Part shown: positions 7,762 to 18,697 of the stretch, one piece after another
Position numbering within the stretch: the stretch's first letter is position 1
Layout: the number at the start of each line of letters is the position of its first letter
Assembly: GCA_000830295.1 (NCBI GenBank)
Contig: CP010425.1
Location: 1-64,000, forward strand
DNA: 64,000 bases
Direction of reading: 5' to 3'
Origin: an archaeon GW2011_AR15
GTDB lineage: Archaea > Nanobdellota > Nanobdellia > Woesearchaeales > GW2011-AR15
Notes under the pieces: model-generated
Databases searched by the model: none
What the model saw: the letters and a program-made list of their open reading frames with translations, nothing else
Told to the model about the DNA's origin: nothing
Position numbers and translations under genes: made by a program

Positions 7762-9057
7762 ATGAAAAATAATCTAACCGCTATATCACCTGTTGACGGA
7801 AGATACCAGAAGAAACTAAAAGAATTGTCAGAATACTTCTCAGAATACGCTTTGATAAAAAAAAGGGTTTTTGTCGAGCTGAAGTATCTCAGAGAGCTTG
7901 GCAAGGGGGATTATCTGGATATCCACAAAAAATTCAGCCTGAATGAAGCACAGAAAGTAAAAGAGATTGAGAAAAAGACAAACCATGATATCAAGGCAGT
8001 GGAATATTACATAAAAGAGAGGGTTCCTGAAAAAGTAAGGGAATTCGTGCATTACGGCCTTGCATCCGAGGATGTAAACAATCTTGCCTACAGCCTCCTG
8101 GTAAAAGAGTTTCTTGAAAAAGAGTATTACGGAAAGGCAGAATCACTGCTGAAAAAACTAAAAGAGCTGAGCATGAAAAGCAGGGATGTCGCAATGCTTG
8201 GAAGGACGCACGGCCAGCCTGCTTCCCCAACAACACTCGGAAAAGAATTTTTTGTTTTTTATTCAAGGCTTGAGAAGCAGTATGAAAAATTAAAGCAGGT
8301 AAAGCTTGCAGGCAAATTAAACGGCGCGACAGGAAATTACAATGCGCTGGCATTTTCAGAGCCTGAGAGGGACTGGGTTTCATTCTCAGAAAAATTTATT
8401 CCCGGGCTGGGGCTTGAGCCTAACCTTATAACAACACAGGTAGAGCCGCGGGATGCCCTTGTTGAGCTATTCCAGAATGTGAAAAGGATCAACAACATCC
8501 TCCTTGATATGAACAGGGATTTATGGGCATACATCTCATACGGGTATTTCACGCTGGAAAAAAAAGACTCTGAAACAGGAAGCTCAACAATGCCGCACAA
8601 GATAAACCCGATTGATTTTGAGAATTCTGAAGGCAACATAAAAGTGGCAAATGCCCTGCTGACTGCTTTTGAGGAACTGCAGATCTCAAGGATGCAGAGG
8701 GATTTGTCCGACAGCACAGTCATGAGAAACATCGGGGTCGCATTCTCGCACTCAATCCTGGCTTATATCTCGGCTCTTAAAGGCCTTGAGAAGCTCCGGC
8801 CAGATAAGGCCGCAATAAAAGCAGACCTGGAAAAGCATCCTGAAATCCTGGCAGAGGCTGTGCAGACAGTGCTGAGGAAGCACGGAAAAAAAGACGCATA
8901 TGAGAAATTAAAGGAGCTTTCAAGAGGGAAAAATATCAGCATGGAAAAGCTGAGGGATTTCATAAAAAAGCTTGACATTGAGAAAAAGGACAAAGACAGG
9001 CTTCTGAAGCTGGAGCCGGAAGATTACACCGGGCTGGCTGACAAATTAGTCAAATAG
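7762..9057 (+). CDS. purB: Adenylosuccinate lyase
   Basis: ISPVDGRY, RTHGQPASPTT and GSSTMPHKINP. Confidence 0.97.
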   Translation: MKNNLTAISPVDGRYQKKLKELSEYFSEYALIKKRVFVELKYLRELGKGDYLDIHKKFSLNEAQKVKEIEKKTNHDIKAVEYYIKERVPEKVREFVHYGLASEDVNNLAYSLLVKEFLEKEYYGKAESLLKKLKELSMKSRDVAMLGRTHGQPASPTTLGKEFFVFYSRLEKQYEKLKQVKLAGKLNGATGNYNALAFSEPERDWVSFSEKFIPGLGLEPNLITTQVEPRDALVELFQNVKRINNILLDMNRDLWAYISYGYFTLEKKDSETGSSTMPHKINPIDFENSEGNIKVANALLTAFEELQISRMQRDLSDSTVMRNIGVAFSHSILAYISALKGLEKLRPDKAAIKADLEKHPEILAEAVQTVLRKHGKKDAYEKLKELSRGKNISMEKLRDFIKKLDIEKKDKDRLLKLEPEDYTGLADKLVK

Positions 9058-10212
9058 GTTCAGGTGGCTGACCATGTCAGCCATGTAATGGATCGGAGAT
9101 GCTTTTTTGAAATCTTCTGTGGCATGGTTTTTCCCGCTTTGGGAGAGGAGGTCATAGTTCTTCCCCTTTATCAGGCCCCATAATCTGTCTTTCCTGATTT
9201 CTTTCCTTATGTAATCCTCATATTGTGCAAATGTCGGGCCGAGCGGCTCTGGATTCCTGTCAATGTAGCGGTATGCATTGTTCAGAAACTCGTGGAGATG
9301 CAATTCAAAGCTCTCAGCTGAGCTAATCCGGGCGTCAATATTAATCCCCCTGGCTTTTAACCTCGGTATAGCCTCTTTAAGCTCTTCCTCCATCTCCCTC
9401 TCATCAAAAAGATTATTGCCGTTAAACTTAGTTACTATATAAGCAGATGCCAGATGATTAAAGCTTACTTTCATTGAAGCTTTTAATACGGACTCAAGCT
9501 CTGATGTCAGGCTTCCTTTCTGCTTATACCTGCCGCTGAAATCTTCTTTTCTGACTATGACAGGGTCGCCTGCAGTCATGCAATACCTATCCTGGAAAAT
9601 ATCATAGCTTAATGAGACGGGGATTATATTGTGGTTTATCTTATCCCCAATCCCGTGCCTTACTGCCCTCTCAAGCCCTATATTGACTTCACCGAATCCG
9701 CTGCTCATCCTTGTCCCTGTGAGCAGAACCAAAACCGCTTTATCGGGGTCAGCGACAAGGCCGTAGAACGCCTCAAGCTGCCTGCGTGTCGTGTTCTCCC
9801 TGTCTATCGGGAAAAGGCCGAGATTCAGCGATAACGGCCTTGCCAGCCTGTAGATCCCTGTGAAGTTCTCTATCTTGCTCATGGTGTATATATATCTGTC
9901 CTGGGGCAGCTGGTTGAGGAATATTATAAGGGCATCTATCTCTTTCAGCCCGAGAATATGGGGTGCGCCTGCTATTTCAACAGCCCCTTCCAGCCTGGGG
10001 TATTCAGATATAGGCTTCAGCTCTGCTTCTTCTCCCCTGTGGAGATATTCCCCGTATAGGCTGCCGTTGGTAAAGTAGTTCTGGTGGTATGCCCTTTCTT
10101 TTGAGAACAGCCACCTGTCAAACTGGCTGAACTCTGTTTTCTTCCTGTTAAGCTGGAAATCAAGGATTGCATCCTCACTGAAAAGGGCTTTTACAGAGTC
10201 AGCTAAAGACAT
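9046..10212 (-). CDS. Hypothetical protein with a degenerate glycerolipid acyltransferase-like domain
   Basis: Blocks PH......D, TMSKIE, GLFPIDR, TGTRMSSG and IIPVSLSY in PlsC/PlsB motif order. Confidence 0.5.
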   Translation of the reverse strand: MSLADSVKALFSEDAILDFQLNRKKTEFSQFDRWLFSKERAYHQNYFTNGSLYGEYLHRGEEAELKPISEYPRLEGAVEIAGAPHILGLKEIDALIIFLNQLPQDRYIYTMSKIENFTGIYRLARPLSLNLGLFPIDRENTTRRQLEAFYGLVADPDKAVLVLLTGTRMSSGFGEVNIGLERAVRHGIGDKINHNIIPVSLSYDIFQDRYCMTAGDPVIVRKEDFSGRYKQKGSLTSELESVLKASMKVSFNHLASAYIVTKFNGNNLFDEREMEEELKEAIPRLKARGINIDARISSAESFELHLHEFLNNAYRYIDRNPEPLGPTFAQYEDYIRKEIRKDRLWGLIKGKNYDLLSQSGKNHATEDFKKASPIHYMADMVSHLNLFD

Positions 10213-10244
10213 GCTGTTCTGAGAATAGGCAGCTATATATAAAT

Positions 10245-11666
10245 CTAAACTAAATTAACATCATGCGCATGGCTCTCCTTGAGGCCTGCGGAAGTTATCC
10301 TGACAAATTCCCCTTTTTCCTGGACTTCTTTTATGGTCATCGCGCCGCAGTAGCTCATGCCGGACCTCAGCCCGCCCATAAGCTGGTGGACAATCTCAGA
10401 GACATTTCCCTTGTAAGGCACTGTGGCCTCAACTCCCTCAGGCACAAACTCCATTATTTCTGTGCTCGTCTTTTCCTTTGCATCCCTCCCGAACTTTGCG
10501 CCGAATGACGCCATCCCCCTTATTACCTTGAATTTCTTGCCGTTCTTTATTATCGGATCGCCTGGGCTTTCATCTGTCCCTGCGAGCAGGCTGCCAAGCA
10601 TGACAGTTGATGCTCCTGCGGCAATTGCCTTTGTTATGTCGCCTGAAAATTTTATCCCGCCGTCCGCAATCACAGGAATGCCGTGCTTTGCTGCCTCTTT
10701 TGCGCAGTTCATCACTGCACTCAGCTGAGGGTAGCCGGAACCTGTGACAATCCTTGTCGTGCATATTGAGCCCGGCCCTACTCCCACTTTTACTGCATCC
10801 GCCCCTGCTTCTATAAGATCCTTTGTTCCTTCTGCTGTTGCCACGTTGCCTGCAATTATTTCAATATCCGGGAGTTCTTTTTTTATTTTTTTTAGGACGT
10901 CAATCTCCAGGTCAGAATGCCCATGCGCTATGTCAATCACAAGCACATCAGCCCCTGCCTCAACCAGTTTTTTTGCTCTTTGGATAGCATCTTCCTTCAC
11001 ACCTACTGCCGCCCCGACCATCAGCCTGTCCTTGCTGTCAACTGTTGAATCCGGGTGCTTTGTTTTCCTGTAAATGTCCTTGCCTGTATAAAGGCCGCAT
11101 ATGTTCCAGTCATTATCAACTACAGGCAGCTTTTCAACCTTGCTCTTCATCATCATATTTTTTGCTTCTTCAGGGCTTATCCCTTTTTTCCCCACTACGA
11201 GCTTCTCTTTCGGCGTCATGAGCTCTGAAACTTTTGTGTCAAGAGGCGGCTTGAACCTTATGTCCCTGGCTGTAAGGATTCCTGTAAGCTTCCCTTTGCC
11301 ATCGACAACAAGCAGGCTTGTAATCCCTTTTTCATCCATGATTTCCCTTGCCTCTTCCAGCGTGCTGCTGTATTTCACTATAAGAGGCCTCTCAATAAGT
11401 GCGCTCCTGTATCTTTTAACGCGCTCAACTTCCTTTATCTGCTGCTCAATCGTGTTGAACCTGTGTATTATGCCTATGCCACCAAGCTGGGCTATCTCAA
11501 TAGCCATGCCTGACTCAGTCACAGTGTCCATGTTGGAGCTGACAACAGGAATCTTCAGCTTTATTTTTTTTGTAAGGTATGTTTCTGTAGAAACGTCCTT
11601 TCTTGATTTTATAGGGGAGCGCTTAGGCACAAGAAGAACATCATCATAGCTAAGTCCAAGTTCCAT
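10245..11666 (-). CDS. guaB: IMP dehydrogenase with CBS pair
   Basis: [18 protein letters not shown] and RGMAS. Confidence 0.96.
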   Translation of the reverse strand: MELGLSYDDVLLVPKRSPIKSRKDVSTETYLTKKIKLKIPVVSSNMDTVTESGMAIEIAQLGGIGIIHRFNTIEQQIKEVERVKRYRSALIERPLIVKYSSTLEEAREIMDEKGITSLLVVDGKGKLTGILTARDIRFKPPLDTKVSELMTPKEKLVVGKKGISPEEAKNMMMKSKVEKLPVVDNDWNICGLYTGKDIYRKTKHPDSTVDSKDRLMVGAAVGVKEDAIQRAKKLVEAGADVLVIDIAHGHSDLEIDVLKKIKKELPDIEIIAGNVATAEGTKDLIEAGADAVKVGVGPGSICTTRIVTGSGYPQLSAVMNCAKEAAKHGIPVIADGGIKFSGDITKAIAAGASTVMLGSLLAGTDESPGDPIIKNGKKFKVIRGMASFGAKFGRDAKEKTSTEIMEFVPEGVEATVPYKGNVSEIVHQLMGGLRSGMSYCGAMTIKEVQEKGEFVRITSAGLKESHAHDVNLV

Positions 11667-11698
11667 TTTACCCCGAAGCATAAGCGTAAATCAAGTGG

Positions 11699-12238
11699 CT
11701 ATAAATATTTTTTGTCTTTGATATTTTTGTATATTATGCCAAAAACCTCATCAAGGCCCTTCCCTGTAGTGTCAATAACAAGGTCATAGTTTTTCATGTC
11801 AAGGAAATCAAACCCGTAGAATTTCATCCATCTTTTCCTGTTTGTCTGCTCCCTCTGCCTGATTGATGCAGCTGCTTCCTCAATTGTTCTGTGCGACTCT
11901 GCCTCCCTTGTCTTTGTGATCCTTTTTGCCCTCTCCTCCAGATTGCCGTCAAGGAATATCCTGTATGCATCCGGAATGAAATATGCGCTCAGCCAGGAAT
12001 CAATCACAAAATCCCCCTCTCTCCTGCCTATCTCTCTCTGCCTTTCATCAATCATATTATCGATGCCTGGGTCTGTCTTCTCCAGCTCCCCAAGCTCTGC
12101 TATTGAAATCCCCTTCTTTTTTGCTATCTCTCTCTGTATGTCGCCCATTGAATAATGCCTGTACTTGAGCTTTCCGGCAAGGAGCTTTGCAACAGAACTC
12201 TTTCCCGTGCCCGCTTTCCCTGATATTGCTATTTTCAT
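11699..12238 (-). CDS. cmk: Cytidylate kinase (archaeal type)
   Basis: ISGKAGTGKS P-loop and YDLVIDT. Confidence 0.88.
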   Translation of the reverse strand: MKIAISGKAGTGKSSVAKLLAGKLKYRHYSMGDIQREIAKKKGISIAELGELEKTDPGIDNMIDERQREIGRREGDFVIDSWLSAYFIPDAYRIFLDGNLEERAKRITKTREAESHRTIEEAAASIRQREQTNRKRWMKFYGFDFLDMKNYDLVIDTTGKGLDEVFGIIYKNIKDKKYL

Positions 12239-12263
12239 AACAAAGAAAAAAAGAAGTTGATAT

Positions 12264-13976
12264 TTAATTCTTTTCTATATGGGGGTGGGTATGGTGCATT
12301 TCCTGCCTCTGCTTAAGGTGGGCAAGATGGCCGACCTTTTCCTTAATGAACTTGTCAAGGTCTGTGCCGTAATTCTCTATAAGTGCTGCAGTATAGTCTC
12401 CGCCAAGGAAATGGGGCATTATAACGTATGTTGCGCCGATATTGTATAGCTTCACTGCATCCTCAATCTGGTGAGCTACTGTAAGAACAATGGCATTTTT
12501 GTTTGCTTTTCTCATTTTGTGGATAAGGAGCGCATTGACTTCCATGTCCGGGATTGTTGAGACAAGAAGCTTTATTTTAGGGAACTTCAACTCATCCAGC
12601 AGTTCATAGTCATCGGCATCTCCGTACCTGCAGTGGATCCCCTTTTTCGCCATCTCAAGCACAGTATCGGGATTATAGTCAATTACCATAAATTTCATTT
12701 TCAGTTTCCTGAACGCCTCAACTATCCTGAGGCCTATCCTGTTGTAGCCGAAAAGCAGGACCTGGTAATTCCCGTCAGGGTCATGGTACCTGTACTCATC
12801 AACTTTCTTTGCTTTTCTCTCAAACACATTAAGGTATTTTGATATTGCCTGAAAAATTTTCTCGCTGTATATTATGAAGTAGCTGCTGCCTGCAATAGTG
12901 ATTATCCCGACCATTGTCATTATGGAAAGCACTCCTGCGCCGAGATAACCAAGATTGACGCCCAGTGCAATTATAATCAGGGAGAACTCGCTTATCTGCG
13001 CAACTGTCAGGCCCGCAAGGAATCCTGTCCTTTTTGTGTAGCCCATCATCCCCATCAGTATCATGACTATCAGAGGGTTTCCTATGAGGACGAAAAAAGA
13101 GAATATCAGTATTGCCGGAAGATAGCGCACAACATCTGATATTACCATCTGTGAGCCTAGCCAGATGAAAAACAGCACAATGAAAAAATCCCTGATATTT
13201 TTTGTCTTTGAGCTTATCTCATACCTGAAAGGCGACATTGCAAGGGTGATTCCAGCCAGCAAGGCTCCTATCTCAATTGAAAAATTTAGATAATAGAATA
13301 AGGATGCTAATGCAAGGCACCAGCCGAGTGAAAATAAAAGCAGCAGCTCTTGAGATTTCGCAACAAGCCCCATTACTTTTGGGAGAATATATTTACCAAA
13401 AAATAAGAACAGTGTTACCAGGCCTATGCCGACAAGAAGGGTAGTGAACAGTATTGACTTAAGGTCCTGGCCTGATGAAAAAGAGGAAACCCCCATGAGT
13501 ATGAACATTGCAACCAGGTCCTGCACAATAAGGAAGCCTATTGATATCCTGGCATAGAGTGATTCAATCTCCCCTTTATCTGAAAGAAGCTTCATTATTA
13601 TAATGGTGCTGCTGAATGTCAGGGCGATTGAAATAAAAAGCGAGGCAACTACTGAGTAGCCCAGGGCCATACTTATGAGAAACCCTATTACTGAAGTGAA
13701 AATTATCTGCCCTATTCCCGTGACAAGCGCTGCCTTTCCTGTCTGGCTGACTATGCGCGGGTTCAGCCCCAGGCCGACCATGAACAGCAGGAAAACAACA
13801 CCAACCTGCCCGAATATTGCAAACGACTCTGTCGATTTGATAAGGCTGAAATAATTGACGAGGATCCCAGTAATGATATAGCCAATAATAAAGGGCTGCT
13901 TCAGAAACATCATAAGTGCTGATATCAGGACTGTAATCCCTATAATCATGCCAAGCTCTATGAGCGCTATCTCCAT
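12264..13976 (-). CDS. CPA2 cation:proton antiporter with TrkA-N domain (Kef-like)
   Basis: FSSTIII, QISEFS and a C-terminal GYNRIG...YGDA domain. Confidence 0.9.
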   Translation of the reverse strand: MEIALIELGMIIGITVLISALMMFLKQPFIIGYIITGILVNYFSLIKSTESFAIFGQVGVVFLLFMVGLGLNPRIVSQTGKAALVTGIGQIIFTSVIGFLISMALGYSVVASLFISIALTFSSTIIIMKLLSDKGEIESLYARISIGFLIVQDLVAMFILMGVSSFSSGQDLKSILFTTLLVGIGLVTLFLFFGKYILPKVMGLVAKSQELLLLFSLGWCLALASLFYYLNFSIEIGALLAGITLAMSPFRYEISSKTKNIRDFFIVLFFIWLGSQMVISDVVRYLPAILIFSFFVLIGNPLIVMILMGMMGYTKRTGFLAGLTVAQISEFSLIIIALGVNLGYLGAGVLSIMTMVGIITIAGSSYFIIYSEKIFQAISKYLNVFERKAKKVDEYRYHDPDGNYQVLLFGYNRIGLRIVEAFRKLKMKFMVIDYNPDTVLEMAKKGIHCRYGDADDYELLDELKFPKIKLLVSTIPDMEVNALLIHKMRKANKNAIVLTVAHQIEDAVKLYNIGATYVIMPHFLGGDYTAALIENYGTDLDKFIKEKVGHLAHLKQRQEMHHTHPHIEKN

Positions 13977-14021
13977 GTTTCCCCTCTTTTTATAGAATCA
14001 TGGACAATGTCCTATATAAAT

Positions 14022-14621
14022 TTAATGCCGTGGAATTTTGTATTCGGTGAATTTTTCAGGCACATTATGGTTATAATATCCTGCAGGAGGAAGACCAAAT
14101 CCTATTGCTGCAAACCTGTTTTCTAATTCAATCATCTCATTGTCTGGAACATTCCTCGGGATATAGAGCCTGTTCGGAACTTTCCCTGTAAGAGGAAGTA
14201 TTGTTTCCCAGTCAACTCTTCTCGCATCAAAAGGAATGATGTTTTTGTCAGTGAATTCTTCAGTTTTGAGATTATATTTTTTCTCAACAGCTTTATATGC
14301 TGCCTCATAAAACCAATCAATGCCTTCGGGATGGCAGACAGGGCATGTGATAAATCCAAGTTCTATTACTTTTTCCAGGCCATCATCTCCCACAAACAAC
14401 ATTACCTCACTGTATCCCTTTGGTCCAAGATTCCCGATTTCACAGTTGGGCAGGCCAAATAGCCCTGTGGAAAGTCTGGCGGACCAGATATCTAGATAAT
14501 CCCCCTCATTACGGTATTCTGAGATTTTCATCTCTTCTGGCAGGGTAAGCTCTTTTGCCAATTCAGCAAGTGACAGCTCTTTAAAATGCCCGTTCATAAA
14601 AACAAGATATCCCGACTGCAT
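14022..14621 (-). CDS. Hypothetical protein with an Ada-like metal-binding motif
   Basis: TGLFGLPNC...LGFITCPVCHP resembles the Ada N-domain TGIFCRPSC...GFRPCKRC.P. Confidence 0.5.
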   Translation of the reverse strand: MQSGYLVFMNGHFKELSLAELAKELTLPEEMKISEYRNEGDYLDIWSARLSTGLFGLPNCEIGNLGPKGYSEVMLFVGDDGLEKVIELGFITCPVCHPEGIDWFYEAAYKAVEKKYNLKTEEFTDKNIIPFDARRVDWETILPLTGKVPNRLYIPRNVPDNEMIELENRFAAIGFGLPPAGYYNHNVPEKFTEYKIPRH

Positions 14622-14701
14622 TATGAACCTGTTTGGATATTGTATATTAAAATCTTTTCAAAACAAAACATATTTAACTTACTCGGAGTTCATATGGCTG
14701 G

Positions 14702-15016
14702 GTGAGTTACATGGGAATGCTGAAAGAATTTGCTGAATTCCTCAAAGAATACAAAGTGCTTGGCCTGGCAATAGCTTTCGTGATGGGCGCTGCTGCCACT
14801 ACAATGGTTAAGTCGATGGTTGACAATGTGATAATGCCTATCATAGCCCCGTTTATTCCGGGAGGGGCATGGCAGACTGCAACAGTGACATTAGGACCTG
14901 TTGTAATTAACCTGGGAGCCTTCCTGAGCGATCTTATATATTTTGTAATCATAGCATGGGCCATATTCCTGGTTGCAAAGATGATAATGAAGGAAGAGAA
15001 AGTGAGCAGGAAATAA
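14702..15016 (+). CDS. mscL: MscL family mechanosensitive channel
   Basis: EF.EFL...VLGLAIAFVMGAA..MVKSMVDNVIMP. Confidence 0.88.
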   Translation: MSYMGMLKEFAEFLKEYKVLGLAIAFVMGAAATTMVKSMVDNVIMPIIAPFIPGGAWQTATVTLGPVVINLGAFLSDLIYFVIIAWAIFLVAKMIMKEEKVSRK

Positions 15017-15017
15017 G

Positions 15018-15500
15018 CTAGGTTGCAAAGATATAATCTTTTTCTTCTTCTATTCTTTTCTTTATATCAAACAATTTCCTTATCTCTGACTCTATGAACT
15101 CCGCTTTTTTTGATTTCTTCAGAAAAGTGAGGATGAAGCTGCTCTTTCCTACTCTTTTTATCTCCTTCAGCCCTTTTTCAATATCCTGAAAATTCTGTAT
15201 TGCTGTTATTGATATCACGTGGTCAAAATAATTATCTGGGTAGGGTATTGATTCTGCAGGCGCCAGCCTGTATTCTATCCTGTCTTTCTGCCTAGCCCTT
15301 TCCAATAATCTGGGCGCCGGATCAATCCCATATCTTTTACAGTCCCATGGCTCTGTTGTCACCCCTGTCCCGCACCCTACATCAAGAAGCCTGTCTGTTT
15401 TTTCAGGCCGGAAGAATGTCTTTATCAGCTCTACCTTTTTCAGCTGCTCCTCTTTATGCAGCTCCTCATATCCTTCTGATATTCCGTCGTAATAGCCCAT
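15018..15500 (-). CDS. Class I SAM-dependent methyltransferase
   Basis: LLDVGCGTG and IPYPDNYFD. Confidence 0.9.
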   Translation of the reverse strand: MGYYDGISEGYEELHKEEQLKKVELIKTFFRPEKTDRLLDVGCGTGVTTEPWDCKRYGIDPAPRLLERARQKDRIEYRLAPAESIPYPDNYFDHVISITAIQNFQDIEKGLKEIKRVGKSSFILTFLKKSKKAEFIESEIRKLFDIKKRIEEEKDYIFAT

Positions 15501-15534
15501 AAAAGAAAGATATTTATTCCTGGTTTAAAATATT

Positions 15535-16335
15535 ATGCCTATGAAGCAGAAATGCATTGATATCCTTAAGAGATTAACAGGCAAAAAGCATATCTATTTT
15601 ACAGACAGGGGGAACACCTCCCTGCTTCTGGCACTTAAGCTTGCAAAAGAGCTTGGGAAGAAAAAAATATTTACCCAGGACCAGGGCGGCTGGCTCACTT
15701 ATGAGCAGTATATTAAAGAGCAGGGCTTTGAAATGGTCTCCCTTGAGACTGACTACGGGCTTGTAAAGCTGGCGGATCTGGAAAAAAAAGCAGCAGAGGA
15801 CTCTGCACTCCTGATAAATTCAATGCCCGGCTATTTCTGCCTGCAGGAAAACATGGCTGAAATACACAAATTGTTCAGGAAGAAAAAAGCCCTGCTGATA
15901 AACGATGTTTCAGGAAGCATCGGGACAGATGCAGCAAAGCACGGCGACGTCATTGTGGGGAGCTTCGGCAGGTGGAAGCCGGTAAATGCAGAATACGGCG
16001 GTTTTATTGCAGCAGATGAACATGCTGATTTTTTTTCAGGGAACAAAGTTGAAGTTAAAGATTTCTTCAAAGAGCTTTATGAAAAACTCAGCGGGCTTCA
16101 CAAAAGGCTGAAAGAATTTGAAAAAATTTCCGGAAAGATAAAGCACGAGCTGAGGGATTATGACATTATCCACAGAGAGAAAAAAGGGATAAACGTGATT
16201 GTGAAGATGCACGGTCCTGAAGAAGAGGCCGAGATTATAGATTACTGCAAGTACAGGGGATATGATACCACTCTATGCCCCCGCTATATAAGGGTTCTTG
16301 ACGACGCAATAAGTATAGAAATCAAGAGATTATGA
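15535..16335 (+). CDS. DegT/DnrJ-like PLP-dependent aminotransferase family protein (short)
   Basis: RGNTSL, LINDVSGSIG and GSFGRWKP...GG. Confidence 0.7.
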   Translation: MPMKQKCIDILKRLTGKKHIYFTDRGNTSLLLALKLAKELGKKKIFTQDQGGWLTYEQYIKEQGFEMVSLETDYGLVKLADLEKKAAEDSALLINSMPGYFCLQENMAEIHKLFRKKKALLINDVSGSIGTDAAKHGDVIVGSFGRWKPVNAEYGGFIAADEHADFFSGNKVEVKDFFKELYEKLSGLHKRLKEFEKISGKIKHELRDYDIIHREKKGINVIVKMHGPEEEAEIIDYCKYRGYDTTLCPRYIRVLDDAISIEIKRL

Positions 16336-16377
16336 GATTACATATGTTTATAAACGAAGTGTATATCCAAAAGCATT

Positions 16378-16737
16378 ATGGCAAGATTTGACCGCGGAAG
16401 CAAGCCGGAGAGGAGAAAACCCAGAGGATTTGGCGGAAGAAGAGAAAGGGATAATGATAGCGACGGCTTTGACAGGCCAAGAGGAGGAAGGCCAGGCGGA
16501 TTTGAAAGAAGAAGCCCAAGGGACAGGGAGATGTATAAGATAATCTGCGACAAGTGCGGCAAGGAATCAGAAGTGCCTTTCAAGCCGACTTCAAGCAAGC
16601 CGATCTACTGCAGGGATTGCTTTAAGAAAGAGGACAGCAGGGAAGGCGGCAGGCCAGGAAGCGGCGGCTCTGCAAAAGAGTTTGATGAGATAAACATGAA
16701 GCTCAACAAGATAATGAAAGCCCTTGACATAGAATAA
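16378..16737 (+). CDS. CxxC-x17-CxxC zinc-binding protein with RG-rich N-terminus
   Basis: CDKCGKESEVPFKPTSSKPIYCRDCF. Confidence 0.88.
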   Translation: MARFDRGSKPERRKPRGFGGRRERDNDSDGFDRPRGGRPGGFERRSPRDREMYKIICDKCGKESEVPFKPTSSKPIYCRDCFKKEDSREGGRPGSGGSAKEFDEINMKLNKIMKALDIE

Positions 16738-16768
16738 TTAGTTCTAAACCAAATATTTTTATATTCCA

Positions 16769-17260
16769 TTGATTATGTCTGAAGATATGGACTTAACTGC
16801 CTTAGTTCAGGAATATATAGTCTCTGAAGAAAAAGAGCTCAGGGAGCTGAAAGAAAGGCTTTCTGACGTGCCTGTCTCATTTTCCCCCTTTGAAGAATAC
16901 CTAAAAGAGCATAAATGTTTTCTGGATGATCTTAATATAAGGGCAAAGTTTTTTGACCCGCAGATGAGGATCCTGCTTCTTGATGATATGTTTGAATTTG
17001 AGGAAGCAGATGAGATTACAGAGAAAATGGCCCTGCCCTACCCGATTATTACTATAAACGGCCTGTCTGCTTTTGATAATTTTTACAGGACCACAAAGAA
17101 AAAACTGGGAAAGCTTATCCTGCCTGATGAATCAGATGAAACTGCAAAAGTACTGCATAAGCCATACTCAAGCGCTTCTGTAATCCTATACGAGAGAGGC
17201 GACAAGATGCACTATATTGAGGTGCATCTGAACAATAATCCTATCTATTATTCACAATAA
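16769..17260 (+). CDS. Hypothetical protein
   Basis: 163-aa ORF filling the gap, no recognised motif. Confidence 0.6.
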   Translation: MIMSEDMDLTALVQEYIVSEEKELRELKERLSDVPVSFSPFEEYLKEHKCFLDDLNIRAKFFDPQMRILLLDDMFEFEEADEITEKMALPYPIITINGLSAFDNFYRTTKKKLGKLILPDESDETAKVLHKPYSSASVILYERGDKMHYIEVHLNNNPIYYSQ

Positions 17261-17277
17261 TAACAAAAATAAAAAGA

Positions 17278-18030
17278 TTATTTCTCATACCCCAGTGCAT
17301 CCAGCACTCCGTCAAGAGATGGATTGGCTTTGCTCAGGTGTCTCAGATGCAGCAGAGGCTCGCCTGAATAAAGATAATCTTCCAGCAGCCTGAGTTTTCT
17401 GTTTGCGCCGGGATATTTGGAGACCTGCCTGCTAGCTTCCCATGCATATTTTCTTGCTCTCTTCTCAAGCTCTTCGTATTCTTCATGGTGCTCTTTCAGC
17501 AAAATCCTCAAAGCAGAAAACAGGCTCAGCACAGACTTGCTTCTGTTAAAACTGACATGTGGTTTGTCAAATCCAAGCGCTTGGGTTATGCTATAAGATT
17601 CTGTCTCAACGCATGCCCCTCTCTGTTCTCCATCAATAAGCTCGGGCTCGAGGTGCTGGCCGTATGCCTCAATCTCAATATCCGGAGAAAGACTTCCTAT
17701 CTTTTCAACTGCCTGTTTTATTGTCTCATCTTCCCGCATCCTGTAGTTTACTTCTAAATCCATGACATTATGCCTGTTATCTACTGCAACAATCCTGTCC
17801 ACAAGGTAGTTTTTCAGCTCGTGAAAGAATTTTTCTGCAATTTCCCTGTGTTCCCATTTTGGCCCGACAAAATTTCCCTGCCAGCTGTCATCAACAACAA
17901 CCATCATCCCATCTTCCGCCAGCCTTTTGGCTGAGCTGAGCCATTTCGGAATCTTCTCTTTTATGTGGACATTATATATTCTATCAAAAAACGGGTACAC
18001 CAAAATCTCAATTCTGTTGATTGTTTTCAT
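17278..18030 (-). CDS. Hypothetical protein
   Basis: 250-aa ORF with a GGAGG RBS upstream. Confidence 0.7.
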   Translation of the reverse strand: MKTINRIEILVYPFFDRIYNVHIKEKIPKWLSSAKRLAEDGMMVVVDDSWQGNFVGPKWEHREIAEKFFHELKNYLVDRIVAVDNRHNVMDLEVNYRMREDETIKQAVEKIGSLSPDIEIEAYGQHLEPELIDGEQRGACVETESYSITQALGFDKPHVSFNRSKSVLSLFSALRILLKEHHEEYEELEKRARKYAWEASRQVSKYPGANRKLRLLEDYLYSGEPLLHLRHLSKANPSLDGVLDALGYEK

Positions 18031-18264
18031 TTTTATTCCTCCTGGAAGTTTATAGATAAAAATTCAAAAATCGGTTCAGCAATAACAATGGGAAAGAACT
18101 AGCAACAGCTGTATTTAAAACTGAATAGAATATATCTCAGGTAGTTGTTTTGTAAAATCATAAGAGAGGGTAATGCAGTTATTATATATAAATATTATTA
18201 TTAAGTAGTGAAAATAATTTTAACATCAAGAAAATTTATAAAGATTCTTTATTTTGTTTAAACC

Positions 18265-18651
18265 ATGGCACTCAAAATCCCTGACTCAATGGACGAGCTT
18301 GTGTACTGGACTTCCAGGAAGATTGACAGCGGCTATGTGAAAGCATGGGTTGAAAGGGAGAACTGCCCTAAGTGCGAAAAAGGGCTTATGGGCAAGCCTG
18401 TAGTAAAAGGAAAAGTAAAGATAAGGGCTTCTGAATATGTCTGCCCTGAATGCAGCCATACTGTCCCAAAACAGGAATACGAAGATACGCTGACAGCAAG
18501 CATTCTTTATACATGCCCCCACTGCGGGAATAAGGGAGAGGCCCGGGTCCCTTTCAAGAGGAAAAAATACCAGGGAGCTGACGCAATCGTGTTCTCATGC
18601 GGCAAATGCAGTGAGAAGATTCCGATAACAAAGAAACTCAAGGACATCTAA
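18265..18651 (+). CDS. Multi-zinc-ribbon protein
   Basis: Four CxxC motifs (CPKC, CPEC, CPHC, CGKC). Confidence 0.8.
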   Translation: MALKIPDSMDELVYWTSRKIDSGYVKAWVERENCPKCEKGLMGKPVVKGKVKIRASEYVCPECSHTVPKQEYEDTLTASILYTCPHCGNKGEARVPFKRKKYQGADAIVFSCGKCSEKIPITKKLKDI

Positions 18652-18697
18652 AAGTTTATAAATCTGCTCTGTTTCGCTTTCCTCAGGTGGGGAGTAG

